Below, piece after piece: positions 1 to 9,823 of a stretch of 53,964 nt of DNA. The stretch comes from Nitrospirota bacterium. GTDB taxonomy: Bacteria; Nitrospirota; Leptospirillia; Leptospirillales; Leptospirillaceae. Positions within the stretch are counted from its first letter, which is position 1; each line of letters opens with the position of its first letter. The notes under the pieces were generated by a model. That model had not been told where the DNA came from and made no database searches. It worked only from the letters and a program-made list of their open reading frames with translations. Where the stretch lies: the NCBI GenBank assembly GCA_021827365.1, contig JAKAWK010000001.1, positions 1 to 53,964 of the forward strand, in the 5' to 3' direction. The translations under genes and the position numbers were made by a program.

Positions 1-113
1 CCATTATGTTCGACCGACACAAGGGCCGGATCAAGCTCCTTGGCCTCGAGGACAGAGCCGACGGTGCTCTTGTCGGCTACTGTTTCGGCCTTTCCATTGA
101 CTCTGATCTCCAT
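1..113 (-). CDS. thiS: Sulfur-carrier protein ThiS/MoaD-like, N-terminal part only (gene runs off the window start)
   Basis: Absent from the ORF track because it is truncated. Reverse-strand translation from the ATG at 113 reads MEIRVNGKAETVADKSTVGSVLEAKELDPALVSVEHNG, a typical ThiS N-terminus. An AGGAG lies a few nt upstream and overlaps the ahcY stop. Confidence 0.55.
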   Translation of the reverse strand, partial: MEIRVNGKAETVADKSTVGSVLEAKELDPALVSVEHN

Positions 114-121
114 TCTGACTC

Positions 122-1378
<1,257 letters not shown>

Positions 1379-1417
1379 TCAAAGCTCCCGTCTGTTCATG
1401 AATGTTGGTTGATGTGA

Positions 1418-2575
1418 TCAGGCCAGCCGTTCGGTTTCCCGTCTGAGGCTTTCGGCCATATCGAGTTTTTCCCAGGTAAAATCCTCCTCGCTACGCCCGA
1501 AGTGGCCATAGGAAGCGGTCTTGCGATAGATCGGGCGCCGAAGCTTCAGGTGTTCGATGATCCCCTTGGGGGTCAAAGGAAAGAGCTCCCGGACCACCGT
1601 TTCGATGAGACGGTCGGAAACGGGGGAGGTCTGGTAGGTGTTTACATGCACGGAAACGGGGTCGGCAACACCGATCGCATAGGCAATCTGGACTTCGCAC
1701 CTTTTGGCGAGACCAGCCCCGACAATGTTCTTTGCGACATAGCGCGCCATGTAGCAGGCCGACCTATCGACCTTGGTGGGATCCTTTCCCGAAAAAGCCC
1801 CTCCCCCGTGCCGCCCGGCCCCGCCATAGGTATCGACGATAATCTTGCGACCGGTCAGACCGGCATCTCCATGGGGGCCTCCGGTCACGAAGCGGCCGGT
1901 GGGGTTGATGTGGAAGGTCACGGGACGGCTTCCCAGGAGATTCTCCGGAAGAACGGGACGGACCACCTTTTCGATGACATCGCTGTAGATCTGCTCCTGG
2001 GTGATTTCGGGAGCATGCTGGGTCGAAACCACGATCGTGTCGATCGCGACCGGCAGATCCCCATCGTATTCGAGTGTGACCTGGGCCTTGCCGTCAGGGC
2101 GAAGATAGGGAAGAACACCCGATTTTCTGAGATGGGAGAGTTGCCGGGTCAGACGATGCGCCAGAAGGATCGGCATCGGCATGAGTTCTTCCGTTTCGTC
2201 CACGGCCATTCCGAACATGAGGCCCTGGTCTCCGGCGCCGCCGGTATCCACCCCCATGGATATATCGGGGGACTGGGAATGAATGGTCGTCATCACGGCA
2301 CAGGTCTTGTAGTCGAACCCCGTGGCGGAGTCCGTATATCCGATATCCTTGACGACCTCCCGGGCCACTTCGTCAAAAAGAACGTTGTGGCGGGCCGTGA
2401 TCTCCCCGGCCAACAGGACGAGCCCTGTTGTTGTCAGGGTCTCGCAGGCCACCCGGCCCATGGGATCCTGGGAGAGAATAGCGTCGAGAATGCCGTCGGA
2501 AATCTGGTCGCACATCTTGTCCGGATGCCCTTCGGTAACGGACTCCGAGGTAAACAGGTAGTGGCTCTTGGCCAT
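1418..2575 (-). CDS. metK: S-adenosylmethionine synthetase
   Basis: ORF 1418..2617 contains [18 protein letters not shown] and [17 protein letters not shown] chose the internal ATG at 2575 ([11 protein letters not shown]) because AGGAGG lies 6 nt upstream. Confidence 0.95.
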   Translation of the reverse strand: MAKSHYLFTSESVTEGHPDKMCDQISDGILDAILSQDPMGRVACETLTTTGLVLLAGEITARHNVLFDEVAREVVKDIGYTDSATGFDYKTCAVMTTIHSQSPDISMGVDTGGAGDQGLMFGMAVDETEELMPMPILLAHRLTRQLSHLRKSGVLPYLRPDGKAQVTLEYDGDLPVAIDTIVVSTQHAPEITQEQIYSDVIEKVVRPVLPENLLGSRPVTFHINPTGRFVTGGPHGDAGLTGRKIIVDTYGGAGRHGGGAFSGKDPTKVDRSACYMARYVAKNIVGAGLAKRCEVQIAYAIGVADPVSVHVNTYQTSPVSDRLIETVVRELFPLTPKGIIEHLKLRRPIYRKTASYGHFGRSEEDFTWEKLDMAESLRRETERLA

Positions 2576-2597
2576 CAAATCCTCCTGGATTGAAGAC

Positions 2598-2631
2598 AAA
2601 AAAAAACCCAGTGCCATTTAGCACAGGGTTT
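2598..2631 (-). terminator. Intrinsic-terminator-like hairpin plus U9 tract inside the metK 5' leader (candidate attenuator or riboswitch expression platform)
   Basis: Minus strand reads CCCTGTGC-taaatg-GCACTGGG (8-bp stem with one T-T mismatch) followed by TTTTTTTTT. It ends about 20 nt before the metK RBS. Confidence 0.6.
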
Positions 2632-2723
2632 ATCGAGTATATCGAGTATTCCTGGACTTTTAGCACTTTTTTTTAAGGTGGTTGCAATAGTCTCAAATCA
2701 CTCCACCAGAGAGATTGATTCAA

Positions 2724-2752
2724 ATACTAACGCGGGGTCAGACCGGTGTCAA
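2724..2752 (-). promoter_or_regulatory. Sigma70-type promoter for the metK-ahcY-thiS unit
   Basis: Minus strand reads TTGACA (2752-2747), a 17-nt spacer, then TAGTAT (2729-2724). This predicts a leader of roughly 140 nt before the metK ATG. Confidence 0.5.
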
Positions 2753-2788
2753 TGTTTTTTTTCGAACCGATCCCTAGACCCGGCACTA

Positions 2789-2817
2789 TTGAATCCTGCC
2801 CGGGTATCTGCTAGGAT
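2789..2817 (+). promoter_or_regulatory. Sigma70-type promoter upstream of tRNA-Ala
   Basis: TTGAAT, a 17-nt spacer, then TAGGAT, about 37 nt upstream of the mature tRNA 5' end. Confidence 0.4.
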
Positions 2818-2853
2818 GACTTCTGCTGGTGTTCACCGGCATCCGAATACTAA

Positions 2854-2929
2854 GGGGCTGTGGCGCAGTTGGGAGCGCGCAAGACTGGCAGTCTTGAGGT
2901 CACGGGTTCGACCCCCGTCAGCTCCACCA
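2854..2929 (+). tRNA. tRNA-Ala (anticodon GGC), CCA encoded
   Basis: Manual cloverleaf: acceptor GGGGCTG/CAGCTCC with a G3:U70 pair, D stem GCGC/GCGC, anticodon stem CAAGA/TCTTG with loop CTGGCAG, T arm ACGGG-TTCGACC-CCCGT, discriminator A plus CCA. A T7 run follows. Confidence 0.9.
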
Positions 2930-3133
2930 TTTTTTTGCACGCACTAAGGACATTCCTTTTCCTCATCGTTATCATTCTGCTCTATACATGGTCGCCCATT
3001 CGCCGGAAAAATTTCTCCTGTTTGTCATACGGCTATCCCCGAGGTAGAAAGGGCCCGCAGGGAGAAATCGCCCATGCCACTGCCACACATCCTTGAATTA
3101 TCTCCAAAAATTCCAAATCGAAGGCCCCATTTC

Positions 3134-3745
3134 TCAGCCCCCTGGTCGTTCGAACCTCTCACGTGCATGCTCGACTTTGGTTCTGATCACACAATCCTCA
3201 AGATGATCGTTGATCAGCCCCATTGCTTGCATGAAGGCATATACTGTGGTCGGTCCGACAAATTTCCACCCTTGCTTTTTTAGGTCCTTCGACAGGGCAA
3301 GCGACTCCGCAGAGGTCGATGCAGTCTGTGGTTTAGCAAGCTGCCTCATGCCAGGTTCATAACGCCAGATATAGGCGGCTAAGGAACCGTCCCTTTTGGC
3401 GAGTTCCTGAGCGTGTCGCGCATTGTTGACGACTGCCTCGATCTTGCCGCGATGGCGGACGATGCCTTCATTCTTGAGCAGACGATCGATGTCGCTCTGG
3501 GTAAACCGCGCGACCCTGTCAAAATCGAAATCATGGAAGGCGGCACGGAAGTTCTGGCGCTTTGAGAGGATCGTGCGCCAGCTCAATCCGGATTGAAAAC
3601 CCTCCAGACTCAACTTCTCGAACAAGCGATGGTCATCGCTGACGGGGAAGCCCCATTCGGTGTCATGGTAGGCTAGAATCTCAGGTGATACCCCACACCA
3701 GCGACAACGGAATTGACCGTCCGGACCGACAATCGTCGTGCTCAT
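3134..3745 (-). CDS. tag: DNA-3-methyladenine glycosylase I
   Basis: 203 aa with RCxWC...YHDxEWG...FExLxLEGFQxGLSWxTIL, the Tag family signature. Confidence 0.9.
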   Translation of the reverse strand: MSTTIVGPDGQFRCRWCGVSPEILAYHDTEWGFPVSDDHRLFEKLSLEGFQSGLSWRTILSKRQNFRAAFHDFDFDRVARFTQSDIDRLLKNEGIVRHRGKIEAVVNNARHAQELAKRDGSLAAYIWRYEPGMRQLAKPQTASTSAESLALSKDLKKQGWKFVGPTTVYAFMQAMGLINDHLEDCVIRTKVEHARERFERPGG

Positions 3746-3858
3746 CTAGCTACTCCGTTTCACCTATATCCCTTGAAATATGATCTTATTCCCAAAAGGC
3801 TCTTCAACGAAAAAATTCACTCCGTTCTTCCAATGTCTGCTCCATGCCGCTCCTCAAC

Positions 3859-4434
3859 CTATTTACTCAAAACCCGTTCGATCCGCCTGTCAGGAATAAG
3901 CCACACCAATGCCACAAGGACATAGAGGGAAATCGCTCCCCACCGTGTCCAAAGCGCCAGGAAAATCGCCAGCAAATAAATTAAAGGGGACAACCTCCCT
4001 TTCCAGTCCTTTCCGATCGCCTTTTTGAGAAGAGAGGCGGAACCCTGGGCCGCAATGATCCTTCCCTGAAGAATCATGTAGGAGAGCGCCGCCATCAACA
4101 AGACCCCTCCATAGAGGGCCGTCGGAATCCGTGCGAAGTGGGTGATATTCATCCAGTGGGTGACAAAGGGAATGAGGGAGAGCCAGAACAGGAGATGAAG
4201 GTTCGCCCAGAGGATTCCGCCCCTCACCGTTTCCACGGTGTGGAGCATGTGGTGATGGTTGTTCCAATAGATTCCAAGGTAGAGAAAGCTCAGGACATAA
4301 CTCAAGAAAACAGGAATGACCGGAAGAAGATCCTGGACCGTTCCCCCCTCCGGAACCCTCATTTCAAGGACCATGATTGTAATCAGGATTGCAATGACCC
4401 CGTCACTGAAGGCCTCGACCCTCCCCTTTCCCAT
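3859..4434 (-). CDS. TMEM175/DUF1211-family membrane protein (putative K+ channel)
   Basis: N-terminal RVEAFSDGVIAILITIMVLE motif and multiple TM helices; 191 aa. Confidence 0.8.
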   Translation of the reverse strand: MGKGRVEAFSDGVIAILITIMVLEMRVPEGGTVQDLLPVIPVFLSYVLSFLYLGIYWNNHHHMLHTVETVRGGILWANLHLLFWLSLIPFVTHWMNITHFARIPTALYGGVLLMAALSYMILQGRIIAAQGSASLLKKAIGKDWKGRLSPLIYLLAIFLALWTRWGAISLYVLVALVWLIPDRRIERVLSK

Positions 4435-4712
4435 ACGTCCCCCATCGGATATATTTCATTCCTTGCCAAGACCCGGCCCCTGCATCCCTAAGGTTCACTT
4501 CAGGCGAATCCCGGGAATTCTACCAGACCCCACGGATCATACGTTTTCGTTTTTAGGCCATTTTTTCGGATAGAGCCTAAATCATGCAAAATACCGAAGG
4601 GTCGAACCCTTTCTCCCCACTTCCGGAGCCGCTGACCTCCGGAGAGGAGGTACCGGGTTGGAAAAAGACCATCTCCGCCAACTGACCGGCGCCCCTGATC
4701 GACATCAACCGG

Positions 4713-5123
4713 TTGATCGCCTCCATCCCTGACGAGGGGACGCTCTGCGACGGGATTTGCCGGATCCTGATAGAAGATTGCGGTCTCTCCCACGCCCTTG
4801 TCGGGGTTCCCGACCCCCAGGGATGGGTCAAAATCCTTTCAGCAAACGGCAAAATGCACGAGCGCCTCAAGAATGTCCGCATTTCCGTCGAACCGGGCCG
4901 TCCGGAAGGCCGGGGTATCTTCAGCCGGGCCTACAGAAACGCGACCCCCTTCATCGAAAACCATCTCCTCGACCTCCCGGAGATGCGGATCTGGCGGCCC
5001 CTTCTTCGGGACATGGCGAGCGGGTCAATCGCGGTCTTTCCCTTTTTTCGGGCGGGAACGGTTCAAGGAAGTCCTGACGGTCGGTCAGGTCCCCTGTCGG
5101 AGAGGTTGGACTGGGAGAGTTAG
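4713..5123 (+). CDS. Short GAF-domain-like protein (stand-alone or truncated)
   Basis: TTG-start ORF of 136 aa with a GAF-like pattern (ICRILIEDCGLSHALVGVPD...SIAVFPFFRAG). The frame closes just after a T6 run, so truncation by frameshift cannot be excluded. Confidence 0.4.
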   Translation: MIASIPDEGTLCDGICRILIEDCGLSHALVGVPDPQGWVKILSANGKMHERLKNVRISVEPGRPEGRGIFSRAYRNATPFIENHLLDLPEMRIWRPLLRDMASGSIAVFPFFRAGTVQGSPDGRSGPLSERLDWES

Positions 5124-5253
5124 AATAAACCATGGACAAGAGGAGGCCCCCGTTCCCTGTCGGGGCCGGGGAGCTTCGCTCCTTTCGAAGTCCCCGGCGG
5201 GAATGTCGAGCGATGAAGTATGGGACCCCGCCCTGATTGTTCGTGCCAACAAG

Positions 5254-6018
5254 CTATGCCTTCCCGATCCATGATCGATAATGAAAGCCGATCAGCCAGA
5301 AAAAGGTACTCAAGTTCGTGGGGCCTGTTCCAGAAGCAAACGCTCCCCTTCCTGCAAGAACTGCTGTGGAGGTCGGATCATTAAACAAATACCCGACTTC
5401 CGAATTCACGGCCAAATTGGGAGTCGTGAAATAATCGATTCCCAAAGCCACACGGAAGGCAAAAGAATCACCTGGAGAAAAGTTGCAGGAAATGCTGTCG
5501 GCGGAACAGATGGCATCGAAAGCACTGCTGTTGGAATAGAAATTGATGTTGGCCCCGACTCCCAATGATCCATAAATTGAAAAATTATTAATTTTGTCAG
5601 ATCTAAATTCAAGAGTGGGAAGTATAGAAAAGCTGGTCGCTTGACCAAGATTAAAGTCATTTGACGCAAGATTCACCGGATGCCCGCTAATGTCGAGAGT
5701 CAGACCTACTAATGTATTCAAAGGGATAGTCTCAAAATGTGCAACACCATAAAGAGCGTTCAAATTGACATCATAATTTAGGGAAGAATTGATTTCAGAG
5801 GTGATTCCTTGGGTGGGAACATCCATTCCGCCGGCTAGCCCGACCACCCAAGCCCCCGCAAAATCCTTTCTCTGATCGTATTTCGAAAGTCCGGGAACGT
5901 CCGGATTCTGAGATTGTGCTGGAGAGGGACTTTCAGCTCCCCACACCATCGAAGGCATCCCGCTGAAACAAAAAAGAAATATTATTATTGTAATACCTAG
6001 GAAGAATTTATTATTCAT
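5254..6018 (-). CDS. Outer-membrane beta-barrel protein (OmpW/OMP_b-brl-like), low GC
   Basis: I chose the internal ATG at 6018 (MNNKFFLGITIIIFLFCFSGMPSMVWGAE, a signal peptide) preceded by AGGAGGG. The protein shows alternating hydrophobic beta-strand patterning. The gene is much more AT-rich than its neighbours. Confidence 0.7.
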   Translation of the reverse strand: MNNKFFLGITIIIFLFCFSGMPSMVWGAESPSPAQSQNPDVPGLSKYDQRKDFAGAWVVGLAGGMDVPTQGITSEINSSLNYDVNLNALYGVAHFETIPLNTLVGLTLDISGHPVNLASNDFNLGQATSFSILPTLEFRSDKINNFSIYGSLGVGANINFYSNSSAFDAICSADSISCNFSPGDSFAFRVALGIDYFTTPNLAVNSEVGYLFNDPTSTAVLAGRGAFASGTGPTNLSTFFWLIGFHYRSWIGKA

Positions 6019-6803
6019 AAAACCCTCCTTATTAAAAATGTGGCTTATCTCATCCATGGAAAGAATACCAGATATCTCATTTTCAGCAAGGTTCAAAATG
6101 ATTTTCCTTGACCTCAACGATCCTGGATCTCGCCTTTCTGAAACGCCCCAATAGGCCATGACCATCAGGCATTCAGGAGGAATTCCTTTTTGGAGCTTCA
6201 AAACGAAAAATTCCATTTTTCCAGTTTCAGGCCGCTTCAAACCAGACAATTTGAAGACATTCCGCCCTCCCACTGACAGGGGGAATCCGAATCGATCATC
6301 CACAGGAAAACTCCTCTCCTTCAGGGTAGATATAACTTTTTATCTGCGAAGTTTTCATCCAACATCGGAATCGGGATCGGGACAGGTGCACCATAGCCCC
6401 GGCCAGATCACGCCGGAATGGGGTCCATTGACGATCGACCTTGCTTCATTTCCCCGGATTCTGTCCCCCTGGAGAAAAGCCTCTCCCTTTGAATCCAGAG
6501 TCTTTGGCTTGTCTTCGGAGGAACAGACGTCACTCTCCCGCGAGTCTGATTGTCTCCGAAATCTTGAGGCCAATGGCCAGGTGACGAATCCCTTCATTAG
6601 CCATTGAAAGCCCCGCGACCTCTTCGAAATCCCGTGTGGTTGAACACGGGTTCCCCGGCCGACATTCCAGCGAAGGTCGGATTTGTCGAATCCTCTTGAT
6701 CCGCAAGCACCAATTGCCCGGGAATTCCTCTCCCAAACCGGGGGATTTCTATGCTAGGATGGCGGGGACCGGTTTCCACACCACCTTTTAAAAAGAGGGG
6801 CTT

Positions 6804-7349
6804 ATGACAACCAGATCCTTCATTTCCAGAAGATTCGCCACAAAGACCCTTTTGGCTCTTTTTCTCTCCGGAACTGTCGCGACCGCTCTTCCCTTATCCC
6901 AAGCCCTTGCACAAAACATGACGGATACCTCCCGGGTCACACGGGCCGTGGGACATTACGATTCCGTGATCTCCCGGGCCTCGTCCCTTTACCACAAGAC
7001 CCTCGCAGATGCCCGCAAGAGGTTCGATCAAGCCAAGGGCAAGGCCGATGCCACCTACGACAAGGCGACCGAGAGAGCCAACAGGGAGGTGACACTCAAA
7101 ATCAATACCGTCAAGGAAGAGGTTGCCCAGAGCTCGGGCTTCGACGCCCACCTTAAGGACAAGATCAAGGGAGCCGCAAAGGACTTTGCCGTGGCCATCG
7201 CCCGGGCCCGGGCCATTCGCCAGGAGGCTGTCGCAATCGCTCTCAGGGAGTACACCGACACCCTCCGCAAGGCGACCGCCGACTATGCCGATGCCGTCAA
7301 AAAGGCCGAATCCGTTTACAGGACCGAGGCAAAACGCTGGATCCAGTAG
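6804..7349 (+). CDS. Secreted all-helical protein of unknown function (RR-containing signal peptide)
   Basis: The N-terminus SRRFATKTLLALFLSGTVATALPLSQALA-QN looks like a signal peptide. The rest is Ala/Lys/Asp-rich and helical. An intrinsic terminator follows. Confidence 0.6.
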   Translation: MTTRSFISRRFATKTLLALFLSGTVATALPLSQALAQNMTDTSRVTRAVGHYDSVISRASSLYHKTLADARKRFDQAKGKADATYDKATERANREVTLKINTVKEEVAQSSGFDAHLKDKIKGAAKDFAVAIARARAIRQEAVAIALREYTDTLRKATADYADAVKKAESVYRTEAKRWIQ

Positions 7350-7380
7350 ACCCCGGACTTCCTTGCGTCTTTCTATCAAT

Positions 7381-7414
7381 ACGGGCCCGTATTTTCCGGG
7401 CCCGTATTCTTTTT
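7381..7414 (+). terminator. Rho-independent terminator
   Basis: Perfect 9-bp stem ACGGGCCCG / CGGGCCCGT with a 7-nt loop, followed by ATTCTTTTT. Confidence 0.75.
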
Positions 7415-7425
7415 CGGAGTCTTCC

Positions 7426-8334
7426 GTGAGACAGTTTTTTGCCATCATCGGCCACCCCGTCTCCCACTCGCTCTCCCCGCTCTTCCAGCAGGCGGCCTTC
7501 GACGAGGCCGGGATCGAGGCCGCCTACCTCCCCTTCGATATCCCGCCGGAGGCATTGAAACAGGGACTCTCCGCCCTCCGGACACTCAATGTCTCGGGGT
7601 TCAACATTACCCTCCCCCACAAGGAGATCATGATTCGGGAGACGGACAGGATATCCGAGACTGCCCGGGAAATCGGGGCGGTCAACACTGTCATCAGCCA
7701 GCGGGGGGACTGGATCGGGGACAACACGGATGGACCGGGATTTCTTCAGGCCCTTGAGCGGTTTCTGGAGGAAAACCATCTTCCTTTTCCCTCCCGGGTG
7801 CTGATCTTCGGGGCCGGCGGATCGGCCCGCGCTGTCCTCTGGGCCCTCGCCCGGCGTCGGATCGGAGGAGTCTGCCTTGTCAACCGGACTCTTACAAGGG
7901 CCAGGCAACTCCTGGAAGGCCCCTTGCCAGCCATGATCCCGAACCGCCATCCCTGTGCCCTGGACGACCCTTCCTGGAAGGATTGGCTCCGGGAGTCCCC
8001 GGCTCCCCTTCTAGTCAATACCCTTTCTCTTCATGCCTTCCCGGATGGCCACCCTCCCTTCCCTCCCCTGGCCGACATTTCTCTTTCCGGAATTCCCCTC
8101 TTCGACCTGTCCTATGCGGCATGGGGACCGGACAAGAAGTCCTTCGACGGGAGAACGCCCTTTCTTCGGATGGGGGATCCCACGAAGTCTCCCCGGCAGA
8201 ACGGGTTGGGAATGCTCCTTTGCCAGGGGGCCCTGGCCTTTGAGTTATGGACCGGAAAGAAGGCGCCTGTTGATCGGATGGAGGAGGTTCTCAGGAGGGC
8301 AACCGGCCAGAAAAGCCTCTGGAAATCCTTGTAA
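7426..8334 (+). CDS. aroE: Shikimate 5-dehydrogenase
   Basis: The ORF-track entry 7123..8334 overlaps the previous gene. The in-frame GTG at 7426 (GGAG 6 nt upstream) gives VRQFFAIIGHPVSHSLSPLFQQAAFDEAGIEAAYLPFD and NVTxPHK, the AroE signature. Confidence 0.85.
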   Translation: MRQFFAIIGHPVSHSLSPLFQQAAFDEAGIEAAYLPFDIPPEALKQGLSALRTLNVSGFNITLPHKEIMIRETDRISETAREIGAVNTVISQRGDWIGDNTDGPGFLQALERFLEENHLPFPSRVLIFGAGGSARAVLWALARRRIGGVCLVNRTLTRARQLLEGPLPAMIPNRHPCALDDPSWKDWLRESPAPLLVNTLSLHAFPDGHPPFPPLADISLSGIPLFDLSYAAWGPDKKSFDGRTPFLRMGDPTKSPRQNGLGMLLCQGALAFELWTGKKAPVDRMEEVLRRATGQKSLWKSL

Positions 8335-8342
8335 GAAGAGGG

Positions 8343-8376
8343 CTGTCCGGATCTGCCGATGGGCGGATCCGGACAG
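8343..8376. terminator. Hairpin between convergent aroE and hemN (no U tract)
   Basis: Perfect 11-bp stem CTGTCCGGATC / GATCCGGACAG with a 12-nt loop. Confidence 0.4.
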
Positions 8377-8389
8377 GGGGTCGGGGGTC

Positions 8390-9823
8390 TCAGAGGGTCC
8401 GGGAAAAAAGCGGACCTTTCGGAGCTTCCTTCAGGTAGGCATCGAAGACCATGGCAATGTTCCGAAGGAAGATCCTTCCAAGCGAAGTGATCAGGATCCT
8501 CTCCGGAGAAATCTCGATCAGTCCGTCCGGAACAAACCCTTCCAGAACTCCTATTTCCTGTGCGAAATAGGTGTCGAAATTCTCCCCGTAGGGGGCGAGG
8601 ACCTTTTTGCGATCGATCTCCAGATCGCACATGATGCGGGAGATGATCTCCCGTCGCATCCGGTCATCCTTCGAGAGCCTGAAACCCCGGAATGCGCCGA
8701 TTCTGCCGGAGAGGGTTCTGGCGGCATAGTCCGGAAGGGCTTTGACGTTTTGCCAGTAAGCTTCGTCCAGCATACTGATCGCGGTCACTCCAAAACCCAG
8801 AAGGTCGGCATTCTTTTTCGTCGTGTACCCCTGGAAATTCCGGTAGAGCGTCTTTTCGACCTGGGCCCGAAAAAGCTCGTCATCGGGCTTCGCGAAGTGG
8901 TCCATCCCGATAAAACGGTATCCCGCCTTCCCGAGCTTTTCCCCGATCAGGCTGATGAGTGCGAACTTGACATCGGGGGGCGGGAGAGTCGATTCCCGGA
9001 TCAGAACCATGTGCTTTTTCAGCCAGGGAACGTGGGCGTAATTGAAAACAGCAATCCGGTCAGGTGAAAGGGCGACGATCTGGTCTAGCGTCTTCGCAAA
9101 ACTTTCCACGGTCTGAAAGGGAAGGCCGTAGATGAGGTCGATGTTGATGCTGTGGAAGTCCAGATCCCGGCATTTCCGGAAGACCCGCTCGGTCAGCTCC
9201 AGAGGCTGAACCCTGTGGACCGCCGTCTGGACGGTGGGATCGAAATCCTGGACACCCATGCTGATCCGGTTGACCCCGACCGCCTTCAGTGTCTCGAGAT
9301 AGTCGTTCGAGGACTCCCGGGGATCGATTTCGACCGAAATTTCTCCCCCCTTGTAATCGACCGCGAAATGCTGGTCAATGTTCCGGAAGAGCTTTCGCGT
9401 CTGGGACGAAGTGAGACTCGAGGGAGTGCCGCCCCCCAGATGGAGCTGGACAACCTTCCTGTTCCGGTCGACCAGGGGCGCGATCACCCCCATCTCCCTG
9501 GCGAGAAAGTCGTTATATTCCTCGGCCTTGGCCTTGTCCCGGGTGATGATCGTGCTACACCCGCAAAAATAACAGAGAGATTCGCAGAAAGGGATGTGAA
9601 AATACAGGGAAATATCCCGGGGAGGGGTTGCATTGTTCGAACGCAGAAGCTCCGTCCGGGCCTCCTTCTCGCCGAACTCCTCCGTCCAGACCGGAGCGGT
9701 CGGATAGCTGGTGTAGCGGGGACCCGGACGGTCGTACTTTTTGAGAAGACCGATATCCACATGATTCATCATGACAGGACCTGACTCCTTTGTTTCGGGG
9801 CTAAGCGAGTCCATTCTGGACAA
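8390..9823 (-). CDS. hemN: Oxygen-independent coproporphyrinogen III oxidase (radical SAM)
   Basis: KYDRPGPRYTSYPTA plus HIPFCESLCYFCGC (CxxxCxxC). The start may instead be the MMNHV codons at 9772/9769; a start at 9823 would overlap hemE by 23 nt. Confidence 0.9.
   Translation of the reverse strand: MSRMDSLSPETKESGPVMMNHVDIGLLKKYDRPGPRYTSYPTAPVWTEEFGEKEARTELLRSNNATPPRDISLYFHIPFCESLCYFCGCSTIITRDKAKAEEYNDFLAREMGVIAPLVDRNRKVVQLHLGGGTPSSLTSSQTRKLFRNIDQHFAVDYKGGEISVEIDPRESSNDYLETLKAVGVNRISMGVQDFDPTVQTAVHRVQPLELTERVFRKCRDLDFHSINIDLIYGLPFQTVESFAKTLDQIVALSPDRIAVFNYAHVPWLKKHMVLIRESTLPPPDVKFALISLIGEKLGKAGYRFIGMDHFAKPDDELFRAQVEKTLYRNFQGYTTKKNADLLGFGVTAISMLDEAYWQNVKALPDYAARTLSGRIGAFRGFRLSKDDRMRREIISRIMCDLEIDRKKVLAPYGENFDTYFAQEIGVLEGFVPDGLIEISPERILITSLGRIFLRNIAMVFDAYLKEAPKGPLFSRTL

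Noticed and set aside
2576-2720. Calling the metK leader a SAM-I (S-box) riboswitch because it contains GCAACC and a GGTGGAG-like segment.
   Set aside because: The element between promoter and terminator is too short for the SAM-I four-way junction, and the other conserved S-box blocks are not visible. I kept it only as an unclassified candidate.
4798-5274. A 158-aa ORF overlapping the end of the GAF-like gene, considered as a frameshifted continuation of a longer sensor.
   Set aside because: Its translation shows only a faint GAF-like stretch (VLTVGQ) and is otherwise unrecognisable. The evidence is insufficient to call a pseudogene.
6019-6303. The 5' extension of the OMP ORF (the track gives 5254..6303).
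   Set aside because: The internal ATG at 6018 has a strong RBS and is followed immediately by a canonical signal peptide. The extension has no features and a different composition.
6300-6800. A possible riboswitch (cobalamin, TPP, guanidine or fluoride) in the long gap upstream of the 6804 gene.
   Set aside because: None of the conserved cores I can recall (B12 box, CUGAGA/ACCUGA, ACGR loops, crcB motif) is present. Only generic hairpins are.
7123-7425. The upstream part of ORF 7123..8334 (aroE).
   Set aside because: It overlaps the secreted-protein gene and its terminator, has a Pro/Ser/Arg-rich translation, and AroE homology begins only at the GTG at 7426.
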